Positions 46,702 through 57,200 of a stretch of 57,673 nucleotides of DNA are shown here, piece by piece. The notes under the pieces were generated by a model, which was not told where the DNA came from, made no database searches, and saw nothing but the letters and a program-made list of their open reading frames with translations. The DNA is from an uncultured Armatimonadia bacterium (GTDB taxonomy: Bacteria; Armatimonadota; Zipacnadia; Zipacnadales; UBA5352), in assembly GCA_964484945.1 (NCBI GenBank), contig CAZAHB010000005.1:1-57673 (forward strand). The letters run 5' to 3'. Position 1 is the stretch's first letter. Every line of letters begins with the position of its first letter. The position numbers were made by a program, and so were the translations under genes.

Positions 46702-48365
46702 AGTTCGTAATCGGTGCCGCGCAGGCCCGATTCAACTGCTTCGGACGCCGCCTGAACGCGCTCGGGATCCTCAATGATGCGCGGAAGATCTCGCTGCAGC
46801 ACGCGGACCGGCACCTCCCGAATCATGCGCTCCGTCATCGCCTGCTGGAGGACATGGCCGTCGAAGTAGCCGGGCACGCGCTCGCCGCGCAGATACATGA
46901 TCGTGGCCGCGACATCCTCGACGCGGGCGCCCTCGATGCGCGTTCCGCGCCGGAGTCCGCCGCCGGCGGCGGTGAAGATTCCACTCGGAGCGGGGGCGCC
47001 CGAGGGTATCCTGCCGCCTGACGGCCTCGCCACCTGCACACGCCCGTTCCGACCGGTGGCGGTGAGGCCCTGCACAGTCCCGCTCTGCTCCCAGCGGGTC
47101 ACCAGGTGGGGGATGCGGTCGAGGTAGGGACCGTCGCAGACCTCCTCCCGCGGCTTCGCCCACGCAAGCGGCCTGCGGCCTGTGGCCGGGTCGATCGCCG
47201 TGCGCAGAGCCGACATGATCTGGAGCGTGAGACGATCCGAAACACCGTTGCCCACAATGCCCATCGGGAATGTGTCCTCGTGATTGATATACAGGTCGCC
47301 CTCCGGCGACGGAATGACATAGCTGTGAGCGTAGTCAATCCGTGGATCTCCACTATCCGACGGGCCCTCCGGCGTCCGCTCAGGCGCTGACATCAACTCC
47401 GCCAGAGGTCCGGGGAGGACCTCCCGAAGCACGTGGCGCATATCCGCCAGCCACCCGTCAACGCCGGCGGAAAGATTATGCAGGGCCCCTCGAGTCGAGG
47501 AACGTGTGCTGAGCAGATCAAGGTGCGAGAGCAATTCCGGCAGGCACAGCACGGCGCGATTGTTGATCCCCATGCCGTAGGGTGAGACGATCATCAGGTG
47601 GTCATCCGGACCGAGCAGGTCGATCAGGCGGGCGATGTGGGCGTCGAGTTGATGGTGGACGCGGGAGATGAGCTGTCCCCACGTGTTGTAGAGTTCCTCG
47701 TCGAAGTCGATGTGCTTGCTGTCGATGAGATGCCAGTACCAGCGCAGTACGCGGTCGAGTTCAGTGAAGTTAACGGCGAACAGGTCCCAGCGGCGCTCAT
47801 CGAGCAGTTCGAGGGCGAGGGCGGTTCGACTCCGCATCGCCTCCACGGCCAACTCGAAGCCCTGCTCGTACCGGCCGGATGTCGCATCCGGCCCGAGGCG
47901 CACTTCGTGCGTACCGTCTCCCAGCCGTCGCCTTGCTATCGCCGCGACGTCCTCGGGATGCGCGAAACCTTCATGTTCGACTGAGGGTGCGAGCCAGCCG
48001 GCGACAGTGGCCCACTCTGCCTCACGGGCAGGGAACGTCACAGGCACACACACGGTCCCGACCGTCTGGCCGCGAGCGGTGAGCATCTGCGGGAGCGTGG
48101 GAGCGCGGAGCATCCGGGAGTTCGCCGCCCACCAGCGGTAGCTGTCGGGCATGAGATTGCGCAGCGACCAGACACCGTGCTTCCCGGGGTTGACACCGGT
48201 CAGAAGATTCGACCACGCCGAGCATGGGTCGCAGTTCACCGACGACTCGAGGCGCCCGTGAACCCCGTGCCTCATCAACGCACGGAGCGTGGGCATCTGC
48301 CCGGCCGCGCTCAGACGCTCTATCAGTTCCGGTGTCGCCCCGTCAATTCCAATCAGAAGAAGCAT
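46698..48365 (-). CDS. third COG3379-like AlkP paralog, catalytic residues lost
   Basis: IGIDGA and SAWSNLLTGVNPGKHG kept; nucleophile position is Pro; SDHG changed to SPYG; D..QH changed to DRVLR; late His absent. Confidence 0.85.
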   Translation of the reverse strand: MLLLIGIDGATPELIERLSAAGQMPTLRALMRHGVHGRLESSVNCDPCSAWSNLLTGVNPGKHGVWSLRNLMPDSYRWWAANSRMLRAPTLPQMLTARGQTVGTVCVPVTFPAREAEWATVAGWLAPSVEHEGFAHPEDVAAIARRRLGDGTHEVRLGPDATSGRYEQGFELAVEAMRSRTALALELLDERRWDLFAVNFTELDRVLRWYWHLIDSKHIDFDEELYNTWGQLISRVHHQLDAHIARLIDLLGPDDHLMIVSPYGMGINNRAVLCLPELLSHLDLLSTRSSTRGALHNLSAGVDGWLADMRHVLREVLPGPLAELMSAPERTPEGPSDSGDPRIDYAHSYVIPSPEGDLYINHEDTFPMGIVGNGVSDRLTLQIMSALRTAIDPATGRRPLAWAKPREEVCDGPYLDRIPHLVTRWEQSGTVQGLTATGRNGRVQVARPSGGRIPSGAPAPSGIFTAAGGGLRRGTRIEGARVEDVAATIMYLRGERVPGYFDGHVLQQAMTERMIREVPVRVLQRDLPRIIEDPERVQAASEAVESGLRGTDYEL

Positions 48366-48438
48366 GGCCTCACACACGCGCCCATCGCGCGGCCCTCCGC
48401 TGTTGCTGCAATTTGGTACCGTGATGATAGTGTCATTA

Positions 48439-50475
48439 TTACGTTTCCGGTGTGTAATACCGGCCCGAACTGTGCCGGCCTCCGACTGCGATGAGCCCCA
48501 GTGGTTCAGTCCCGCGCTGCTGAACGAGCTTCACGACCGCGCGAGCGTCCTCGGCATTCGTCTCCCCCATGCGCACGAGCACCACCACCCGGCCGCCCGC
48601 GGCCAGAAGAGGCGAAGCGGCCATGACGCCGCTGTCCGACGGAGGGACTGCGATGACCAGTTCGGCCTCGATCGATTCGAGCAGAGCTTCCACGACTCCC
48701 GGTTCCGTTGTGGGCGCCAGCAGCACGCTCAGACCGCTCTCGTCGGCCCGTTCTCCCGCGTCACCGGGCCCCACGACGACCGAGGGCGCCTCAGTCGCGT
48801 GCTGCAGATCTTCCGCGACCTCCCGGGCCGGGTGTGGAGTGTTGCAGGAGGCCATCACGCAGATGTCCGGCAGGCCGTTGACCGCTCCCACGCCCCGCAC
48901 ATGCGCCAGGATGGCTCGCAGAGCCTCCGCGCGTTGCGGGCCATCGCCTTCCGACTGCTCTGCCAGCACGCCGAGCAGCGGGAGCCCGAGTGCCTCCGCG
49001 GCCTGCCGCCCGTCATGCAGACGGTCGTCGAGTTGCTCGGCCAGACCGACCGCCAGGAGCCCGAGCAGGGTCCCGGCGGCAACGCCTGCTACGACCGCCA
49101 GCGCCTGCTTCGGCCGCGCCGGCTCATCCGGGCGGATCGCGTGTGTCACCAGCCGCGCGGCCGGGGTCTTCGCGCGCTCGGAGATCTCGTACTCCTGCTG
49201 CTTCTCCTTCAAAGCCAGGTAGAACCGCTCGAGCAGTTCGATCTCGCGCTCCAGCTTCAGCAGCGCCACCTGTTCATCCGGGAGCCCCGCCAACTCCTCC
49301 TCGACCCGCGACGCCGCGGCCTCCAGTACTCGCGCCGCGTGCTCCGCCGCCATCTGCTCGCCCTCGGCCACCAGCATCTGCTGCATGATCTCCTGCGTGA
49401 CCGGATTGATCGCCTCCTGGCGCGAGTCCACCACTTCAACCGCGGTGGAGCGCAGCCGGGCCCGAAGCTCCTCGACTCGGGCAGCCGCCCGCCGCACGGG
49501 CATGCTGTCGGCGGCGTACTCCTCCAGCAGGCTCACCCGCTCCGCCTCCGCCGTTGCAAGCTCGCTTTGCAACTGTGCGATCTCCGGATTGCGTCGGGTC
49601 ACCGTGGGGGCATTCACCCGCTCATCGAGATCAGCAAGCTTCGCCTCAAGCTCATCACGCAGCGCCCGGCGGGCATTCAACCTCGAACGCGCGACCGCCG
49701 CCTGCTCGTTGAGGCTGACGAGAAGTTCAACCTGCTGTCGAGCCGTCTCGTCCAGAGCCACGGTTCCGATGCGTTCGCCAAATCGCCTGAGACGCTCCTC
49801 CGACTCGGCCAGTCGCGCCTCCACATCGGCAAGTTGATCGTCCACGTAGGTGCGCGCCCGGCGCGTGGTCGCCCGCGCATCGGCGAGACTCCGGCCGAGA
49901 TACGCCAGCACCAGTGCGTTCACGAAATCCCGAGCCCGCTGTGGATCGGGTGCCTCGCAGCGGACTTCGATCACTTCGGATTCCTCGACGGGCGCAACTA
50001 CCAGCGTCTCCAGCATGTCCTCCCACGGATCAGGCCACTGTGCCGGGGGCGGCTGCCGTGGCAGGCCCTCAACGATGCCGGGCAGCTCTTCGAGCAGTTC
50101 ATCCGTCAGCCCCATGCGCAGCAAACGATCGAGCACCTCGGGGCGGTCGTGCATCAGCCCCCACGCGCCTTCGAGGCTCGGGCGGCTGTCGATGATCTGC
50201 ACCTGGGTCGCCAGATCGTTTCCGCCGAGCGCGGATACCGGTTCGCCCAGCATCGACAGGACCGGGGCGGCCGCAGAAAGCACGGCCGACCGGGGATCAG
50301 CGTCAGACGCCATGACAAGCTCCGCTTGCGCCTCGTACACTGGTGTGCCGAACAGCGCATACGCGGTGGCGGCTACAGCGCACACGCCCACGACCGCAAT
50401 CAGCACCCACCTGCGTCGCTTCAGGACTCGCAGGTGGTCGCGAAGCGTCATCGGTTTCAGTTCATTTGATGTCAT
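48439..50475 (-). CDS. GumC/Wzc-like polysaccharide co-polymerase with degenerate tyrosine-kinase domain
   Basis: LRDHLRVLKRRRW, TPVYEAQA, long coiled coil, A..PDEPARPK, second TM, DDRLH..ALGLPLLG, Walker motifs absent. Confidence 0.88.
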   Translation of the reverse strand: MTSNELKPMTLRDHLRVLKRRRWVLIAVVGVCAVAATAYALFGTPVYEAQAELVMASDADPRSAVLSAAAPVLSMLGEPVSALGGNDLATQVQIIDSRPSLEGAWGLMHDRPEVLDRLLRMGLTDELLEELPGIVEGLPRQPPPAQWPDPWEDMLETLVVAPVEESEVIEVRCEAPDPQRARDFVNALVLAYLGRSLADARATTRRARTYVDDQLADVEARLAESEERLRRFGERIGTVALDETARQQVELLVSLNEQAAVARSRLNARRALRDELEAKLADLDERVNAPTVTRRNPEIAQLQSELATAEAERVSLLEEYAADSMPVRRAAARVEELRARLRSTAVEVVDSRQEAINPVTQEIMQQMLVAEGEQMAAEHAARVLEAAASRVEEELAGLPDEQVALLKLEREIELLERFYLALKEKQQEYEISERAKTPAARLVTHAIRPDEPARPKQALAVVAGVAAGTLLGLLAVGLAEQLDDRLHDGRQAAEALGLPLLGVLAEQSEGDGPQRAEALRAILAHVRGVGAVNGLPDICVMASCNTPHPAREVAEDLQHATEAPSVVVGPGDAGERADESGLSVLLAPTTEPGVVEALLESIEAELVIAVPPSDSGVMAASPLLAAGGRVVVLVRMGETNAEDARAVVKLVQQRGTEPLGLIAVGGRHSSGRYYTPET

Positions 50476-50481
50476 GGTCTG

Positions 50482-51897
50482 TCAGAATGCGATGCGCAAC
50501 AGGCCCGAGACGCCCAGCAGCAAACGCGACAGTTCGTCGCGCGTCATCGACGTATCCCGCGGCACGTAGATGACGTCCCCGGGCGCCAGCGCCGGATTCT
50601 CCGCCCCCTCCTCTCCCCGGAGGAGTCGCTGTGCATCGACCCGTGTCATCGCCACGCCGCTTTCGGTCTCACGCCACAACACGGTCCGCTCGGGATGGGC
50701 CTGCTCCTGATCCCAGCCACCCGCGGCGGCGATCGCGTCCATGATCGTCATCTCCGGCTCCAGCGGCATCGGCCCGGGATCCGCGACCATACCCACCACC
50801 GCCACCCGCTCGACCGCCCGAGGCAGCACAAGTGTGTCGCCGTCGCGCAACTGCGGATCTTCAGCGTCCGTGTGTGCCTGCAACAGCGGCTCGAGATCCA
50901 GCCGGCTCGATGTTCCGTCCGCGCGCATCAGCAAGGCCGCCCCCGGCAGGGCATCGTCGTCAATGTCCTGCGCAAGCGCGAGGGCGTCGGACACCCGATC
51001 GCCCGGATCGAAATCGTACTTCCCCGGCTTCGCGAAGGCCCCAACGAGCGAAACGCGGCGGCTGGCCCGGGGGACGATCAGCATATCTCCCGGCCGCAGG
51101 AGTGGGTTGGCGCTCCGCGCCCCGCGCTCGGTGAGCGCCTCGAGGTCAAGCTGCTCGCTGTTTCCGTCCCTGCGCACGACGCGCCCTGTGAGGGCCGCGT
51201 CATCCAGCAGTCCTCCCGCGGTTGCCAGCGCATCCGCAGCCCGATCGCCCTCCTCGACAGGGTGGCGACCGGGGCTCTTCACCCGCCCGATCACGGTCAC
51301 CAGGTACTGGCCGCTGACCAGCAACGTCTCCCCCGGTTCGATCCGAACCGCCGCGTCCGGTCCCTCGCCATTCAGGGCGGCGAGCACATCGACCTGCTGC
51401 TGGTCTCCGGCCTCGTCGATGAGCAGCGCAGCGCGCGGTGCCGCCGTCGGGGCCAGCCCTTTCGCGAGCGCGATCGCCTCGCCGACGCTTACGGCCTCCC
51501 GGACATCCACCGCGCCGGGCGCCTGGACCGCTCCGAGCACGTACACCGGCTCCACGTGGCGGCTGATGAGTCGAACCGAGACCTGCGGCTCGCGCAGTTC
51601 GCGACTCAGAGCCTCCCTGATCTGCTCCGCAACCGCCTCGACGGTGCGTTGTTCGACGGTGAGATCCCCGGCCACCGGCACGTTGATGCGCCCGTCGGGC
51701 CGGACAGTCGCGGCCTCGATGCTGAAATCGGGATGGTAGAGCACCTGAACCGAGACAACGTCCCCCACCCCGAGCCGGTATGGCTCGCGATCGGCCTCAA
51801 CGGCTGATCCGGCCAGTGCCATCAGCACCAGAGCGGCCAGCGCAAGGCTTCCATGCTTCATTCGGTGGAAAATCACGTTCGCGGACGATTCACTCAT
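50482..51897 (-). CDS. second polysaccharide export protein (Wza/Poly_export plus SLBB repeats)
   Basis: YRLGVGDVVSVQV, VRPDGRINVPVAG, repeated V.G.V..PG / DALA.AGG / LRPGD units. Confidence 0.9.
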   Translation of the reverse strand: MSESSANVIFHRMKHGSLALAALVLMALAGSAVEADREPYRLGVGDVVSVQVLYHPDFSIEAATVRPDGRINVPVAGDLTVEQRTVEAVAEQIREALSRELREPQVSVRLISRHVEPVYVLGAVQAPGAVDVREAVSVGEAIALAKGLAPTAAPRAALLIDEAGDQQQVDVLAALNGEGPDAAVRIEPGETLLVSGQYLVTVIGRVKSPGRHPVEEGDRAADALATAGGLLDDAALTGRVVRRDGNSEQLDLEALTERGARSANPLLRPGDMLIVPRASRRVSLVGAFAKPGKYDFDPGDRVSDALALAQDIDDDALPGAALLMRADGTSSRLDLEPLLQAHTDAEDPQLRDGDTLVLPRAVERVAVVGMVADPGPMPLEPEMTIMDAIAAAGGWDQEQAHPERTVLWRETESGVAMTRVDAQRLLRGEEGAENPALAPGDVIYVPRDTSMTRDELSRLLLGVSGLLRIAF

Positions 51898-51934
51898 GCT
51901 GCGCGTCCCCCATTCGAAGCCACCTGCAGGCAGG

Positions 51935-51963
51935 AGTATAACCAACGGCCTCCGGCGGGGCAA
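51935..51963 (-). promoter_or_regulatory. sigma70 promoter for the wza-wzc-AlkP operon
   Basis: TTGCCC-17 nt-TATACT. Confidence 0.6.
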
Positions 51964-51969
51964 GCGGGG

Positions 51970-52419
51970 TCAGATGTTCAGAACATGGATGGCGAGGTTG
52001 GCGCTCCAGCCAACTGCAAGAACAATCAGCATCCACCGCGCCCCCGATGCGCCGCTGAGCCAGCGCGGGACCGGCCGCCTGCCCTTCACCAGCGCGATCA
52101 TCGCGTTTGCGGCCAGCACCCACGTTCCCGCATACAGGCCCGGCCCGAGCACGTGCGCTCGAAGCGCCGCGAGCACCTGGCCGCGGGCCATAAGCGCGAA
52201 GGATGTTGTCAACCCGCAGGCCGGGCAGGGCAGGCCGGTGAGCCATCGGAAAAGGCAGGGGATGACAAGGATCTGCTCATGCGTTCCGTAACCGGACGGT
52301 CGTGGATGCAGCAGCCACGCGGCGACAAGTACGCCGGCCGTCAACACCACCACCAGGCCGGCCTCGGTGCGGTCGCCTCGCGCGGTATTCACGCGCGACG
52401 CCTCCCGGCCTGTATTCAT
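51970..52419 (-). CDS. DUF2752 membrane protein
   Basis: PCLFRWLTGLPCPACGLTTSF signature between TM helices; AGGAG RBS before ATG 52419. Confidence 0.88.
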   Translation of the reverse strand: MNTGREASRVNTARGDRTEAGLVVVLTAGVLVAAWLLHPRPSGYGTHEQILVIPCLFRWLTGLPCPACGLTTSFALMARGQVLAALRAHVLGPGLYAGTWVLAANAMIALVKGRRPVPRWLSGASGARWMLIVLAVGWSANLAIHVLNI

Positions 52420-52471
52420 CGGCTCCTGTGCGCTCATCAACAGGGATGATACCACTACGCCTGGTACGCTG

Positions 52472-54151
52472 TCATCCGCTCTCGCGCGCCCAGACCTCGA
52501 TCCACCCGAACGGATACAGCAGGTCCTGCGGCAGTGGGAGGTCTTCACGCCCGCCCCAGGCATCGGAGCGGAAGTCCGAGACCTTCTCGTAGCCCAGGTC
52601 GCCGAGGGTCTCCATGAACGCCTCGGCCTCTTCGTCCCCGGCGGCGAGGCGCACACCGACCTCCACCCCCGTCACGACCACAGCATCCGGTGTGCGGTTG
52701 CGCACTGCCTGGCTGTCCACTCCCAGGACCGCGAGGTCGCGTACCGGGTCGCGGTAGGCCGCCCACAACGGGTTGTCGCGGAGGGCTTTCCCACCGTTGC
52801 AGAAATCGACCGGCGGATGGTAGAACCATGGCTCCGTGATCAGCCCGACCGATCCATCCTCCGGCACATGCTCTTCCACGGTTGCAAGCGCGCTTGCTCG
52901 CGCGTCGGTGGTAACCAGCTCATCCAGTAACCGCCAGTCCATCACCCCCGCAGAAAGGGCGGATCCCACCATCAGCACCGCGATGGCGCCGGCAAGCCCC
53001 CATATCCGCCATCGGGACTGCACTCCCGCAAGCAGGTCCTCCGAGACGACGCCACCGGCGAGGACAGCCACCACCGGCAGAAGAGGCACGGCGTAGCGGG
53101 CGTATCTCACCTCGGTGCCGGAAATCATGGCGAATGTGACGACGCCGAACGCAAACAGTACCCACACGGCTCGCCGCCGCATCGCAATCCCGGCTGCGAG
53201 GCCGACCGCGGCCGCCGCCGGCATGATGTACCCGGTCCCCAGGAGCAGGTTTCGCGCATGGAAGGCCGCGCCGCTCGGATACAGCGCCTGCATCGCCGGG
53301 TCGTCGCCGGTGCGCATGTGCTGCATCTCGAAAGAGATGTCCCGCCACGCATTGGGCCAGTCGATAAATGTGTAGGGGGAGGTCAGCGCAAATGCCACCA
53401 GTGCCACACCCGCCAGCGCCGGAAGGAACGTCCACCCCGGCTCTCTCCCGGTACCGCGCTCGCGAATATAGACGACCACCCACGCTACAACGGGCGCGAT
53501 CAGCGCCGCGCCGCCACCGTACTTCACACTCGCCGCAAGACCCGCAGCCGCGCCGGCCCACAATACGTTACGCCAGTTCAACTCCTCGATCATCGCGACC
53601 GCGAAGTAGCAGGTCAGCGCGGTGAAAAACGCCCCCGCCACATCGACCGTCCCGTAGTGTGACTGCAGCACGTGCAGCGGAGCCAGTGCCAGCAGAAGCG
53701 CCGCCGCCAGCCCCTCTCCGTGGTCCCAGATCCGACGGGCCGTCGCATAGGCGACCGCAACTGTGCCCACCGCGAGCACCACTGTCACCACCCGGGCGTC
53801 AAGCGTCCAGCCGGCAAGCACCTCGGGAAGCACCGGGCCTCCCGGCGCGGCCGTGGCGACCGCAGCAAAGAGCGTCGGATTGGCAATAGCGCTTGCCGCG
53901 GCGACGAGATACAGGTAGAGACTCCCGTAGTTAAAAAAGTGCGGGTTCGGATCTCCCAGGGCCAGGCCTAACGCTCCGCGGAGTGAATGGAGTTCATCTG
54001 GATGATAGGAGAAAAGATGGGTGTCATCCGGCAGTCCCCACGTAAGGCCGATCAACCGAAGCGCCAGCGCGATCCCCAGCACCGCCGCCAGGGCGGCCAT
54101 TCGGCGCAGTTCTCTTCCGGGGTCGTCGGCCTGCATCTCCGCTTCCGCCAT
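52472..54151 (-). CDS. GT-C fold glycosyltransferase (GT39/PMT-ArnT-like)
   Basis: HPDE acidic motif after TM1, PHFFNYGSLYLY, SHYGTVD, ASVKY, multiple TM helices, RYARYAVP. Confidence 0.85.
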   Translation of the reverse strand: MAEAEMQADDPGRELRRMAALAAVLGIALALRLIGLTWGLPDDTHLFSYHPDELHSLRGALGLALGDPNPHFFNYGSLYLYLVAAASAIANPTLFAAVATAAPGGPVLPEVLAGWTLDARVVTVVLAVGTVAVAYATARRIWDHGEGLAAALLLALAPLHVLQSHYGTVDVAGAFFTALTCYFAVAMIEELNWRNVLWAGAAAGLAASVKYGGGAALIAPVVAWVVVYIRERGTGREPGWTFLPALAGVALVAFALTSPYTFIDWPNAWRDISFEMQHMRTGDDPAMQALYPSGAAFHARNLLLGTGYIMPAAAAVGLAAGIAMRRRAVWVLFAFGVVTFAMISGTEVRYARYAVPLLPVVAVLAGGVVSEDLLAGVQSRWRIWGLAGAIAVLMVGSALSAGVMDWRLLDELVTTDARASALATVEEHVPEDGSVGLITEPWFYHPPVDFCNGGKALRDNPLWAAYRDPVRDLAVLGVDSQAVRNRTPDAVVVTGVEVGVRLAAGDEEAEAFMETLGDLGYEKVSDFRSDAWGGREDLPLPQDLLYPFGWIEVWARESG

Positions 54152-54223
54152 CGTGGCCTCCCATGAGAGAGGCGGCGCCGCGCGTGAACGCAGAGCGCCG
54201 CCGAGGTGTTTGCGTCACTGTGA

Positions 54224-57200
54224 TCAGCCGGCCGAATGCATGATCGTGTAGTGTGAGGCGGGGCCCCAGTTGCCGGCGCCATCGATAGCCCGAACGTGGA
54301 GGAACCACAGCCCGGTCTCCAGGCCCTCGAAGGTCTTCGCTGCGCTCTCACCCACAACCTTCGCACCGGGAACCGTGGCGGGCTCCTGGTCGAGCGTGTA
54401 GCTGTATCCGGCAATTCCGGTGGTGTCGGTTGCCTTCCAGCGGAAGACCGGCTTGACCGTGCCCACACTGCCGATCATGACGTTGTCGAAGTTCGCGGTC
54501 GCGCCCTTCTTGTTGTCGCGCTTGTTACGGTCCCCGACGATCACGGCTGTCACATCCAGCGATCCGCGCCGCTGATGGCGCTTGAGCAAGGGAGCGATGT
54601 TCACCGACGCGTGATGCCACTTTCCGTCGGCGCGCACACCCGGCACCCGCCCGATGGTTCCGTCGCCCCGATCGGTCATGCCGATGGCCCACCAGCGTCC
54701 CCGCATGTGTACCAGCAGATCGAGCTTCACGCCGGGATCGAAGCGGTAGTCAAAGGCTATGACCGGGAAGCGGTCGGCCGCAAAGCCGCGAGAGGTCACA
54801 AGCGCCTGCATGTGCCCACCGTCCTGCTGCTGGGTGAGCTTGACGCTCGCCTCGCCACTGGCGGCGGTGCTGGTGTCGCGCTCCACCTTCGCTCCTTCAC
54901 CGCCACCGCGATTCGACCAGCCATCAAGCCCGCTCTCGAATGTCTGAGTCAGATGTGAGCGGTGAGTGCTGCAGTCGATCTCAGCGATCTGCGGCGGCTG
55001 CTTATCGCTGGCATAGTCCATCGTCCAGCTCCACGACGGCAGCTCACCCACGGGGTTGCCCGCGTAATCGCCGGCGGCCTTCAGTTGGACATCGACCGTC
55101 GCACCATCGTCGAACACAGTTGGCTTCGGCGACGTGTTCTCGCAGTTCCACACCAGCCGCCCGCGGTCGGACAGATACGTCAGGCCGCCGTTGGAGACCG
55201 AGTAATCCTTCCCTCCGACGCCAAGTACCACGCTTGATGGATCGATGCCCGCAAGCCCCTCGTCCTGAAGCTCCAGCACCACCTGCGATGTCGCGGTTTT
55301 GGCGCCGTCTGCGGGGGCAGCCTGCGCGGCGGTTGGTGACGAACTGTCAATCAGCAGCCGCCGGTGCGCGGTCTCCGACCAGTGCCCGGCCGAGTCGCGA
55401 GCGCGCACATGCAGCCAGCCGTCAACTTCGCCCTTCTCGGAGTACGCGGTGTCCGAATCTGTGGTTGCCAGCTTCTCCGGAAGCTCCGTGGACGGGCTTT
55501 CGTTGATCGCCCAGTTCACGCCACCAATTCCGGTGATGTCATCGACATCCCAGGCGATTCGCAGCGGCGTGGCGCCACTGCATATCGGCACGAGTTCAAA
55601 GTCGTCGATGTGGTAGCTCTGCCCGGGCGCGTTGGACGTCCAGCCGCTGTCCGCGATCCACATCTGCAGCACCTTGTACCCGGGTGCGCGCGGGTTGTCG
55701 CGACGAAGCATCTCGTAGAGGTTGAACTCAGCGGTGTGCCACCGGTTGTCGGCCTGCACGTCCGGAATCTCGCCGATGCGCTCGTAGCTACTGTCGGTGT
55801 CGGTGAAGCGGATGCTCTTGCGCGCACCGTTGACGTGAACCATGAGGTCTGCACGGAGGCGCTCGGGGATCCTGTACGCGAACCGCACGATCCGGTACCG
55901 CCCGGCGTCGAATGCGGTCTTGCGGATATACGCGCCGAAGCTCCCCCCGTTGATCGGATTGAAGAGCTTCAGGGACTGGTCGCCCGTCGCCGCCGTCGTC
56001 GGGTCGAGGCTCACGACCGCCCCGCCCTCCGCGCCCCAGTTGCTCCACTCGCCAGTCTCGTGTTCGAAGTCGTTTGCGATGACGGGCACGTCGCCCACCA
56101 CAATCTTCGGGGCGGGCGGCGCGGCCTGATCTACGTCCGGTCCAACGCGGAAGGCCCAACTCTGCGCGGCCAGCGAATTCTGGTTGCGGTCTGCAAGCGC
56201 CAGAAGCTTGACCTGCAGCGTCCCGCCTGACGGGAAGGTCTGCTCAAGCTGCCCGACATCAAGCGCCAGGACCTCGTGGCCGGGATCAAAGCTGACAGCA
56301 TCGTCTGCCACAGTCAGTTCCCGCTCGCCCACCGCGAGCTTCACGCTCGCGGGATCGACGCCGATGCCGTCTCCGTCGCTGAGGTGTATTCGTACCGGGC
56401 CCTCGGCAAGCTGGCCGCCCTCAGGCTCAATCCGCTCAACTCTGGGGGCAGCCGTGTCGCGCCGGACCGGCATGTGCTCGACCTCGCCCCACGTGCCATC
56501 GGCGAGCTTCGGCGCTGCATGCACCCACCAGACACCATCTTCCTCCACGGTGAACGTGGCGGAGCCGTCCTCGGACGTGACTTCGGCCGGTGGCTTCCAG
56601 ACCGGACTGCGGTTGAAGTTGATAGCCCAGCCGTCCGCGTTAACGCCCGATGCTGCCTTAGCGGCAACCTGCAGGTCGCCACCGGCGGGCTTGACCAGCC
56701 CCAGGTTGTCCATGCAGACTGTCACACCCGCATGGTTGCCCCCGAAGCCTGCGTCCAGGTAGTCTTCACTGGACATGTTGCCGATGAACAGGTCGCTGGC
56801 GATCAGCTTCGCGTCACTTCCCAATGCGCGCTCGGCGTGTCCGAGCAGGTCGAACTCGGCGTGGTGCCAGTTGCCGTCGGCTTCCACGTCAGCGATCCGA
56901 CCCAGCAGCGTACGTCCCCCGGCCGCCTTTTCCAGCCCGGAGAAGATGACCTCGCAGGGCTCATCGTCGATCGTGAGATGCAGGTTGACCCTGGCCTCGG
57001 GATCGAGGCGGTAATCGAAGGTCAGCTTCGGCAGTTCGCGAAGATCGAACCGTCCCTCGCTCAGGTTAGCGGCGAAGCTACCCCCGGCGTAGGTATTAAT
57101 CAGCTTGGCGCAGTGTCCTGAGCCGTCGGCGCCGGGTGTCGCGAGCGTCACTGTTGCTCCCTGGTCGCCGTCACGAGTGGACACGCCGCCCAGATCCGTC

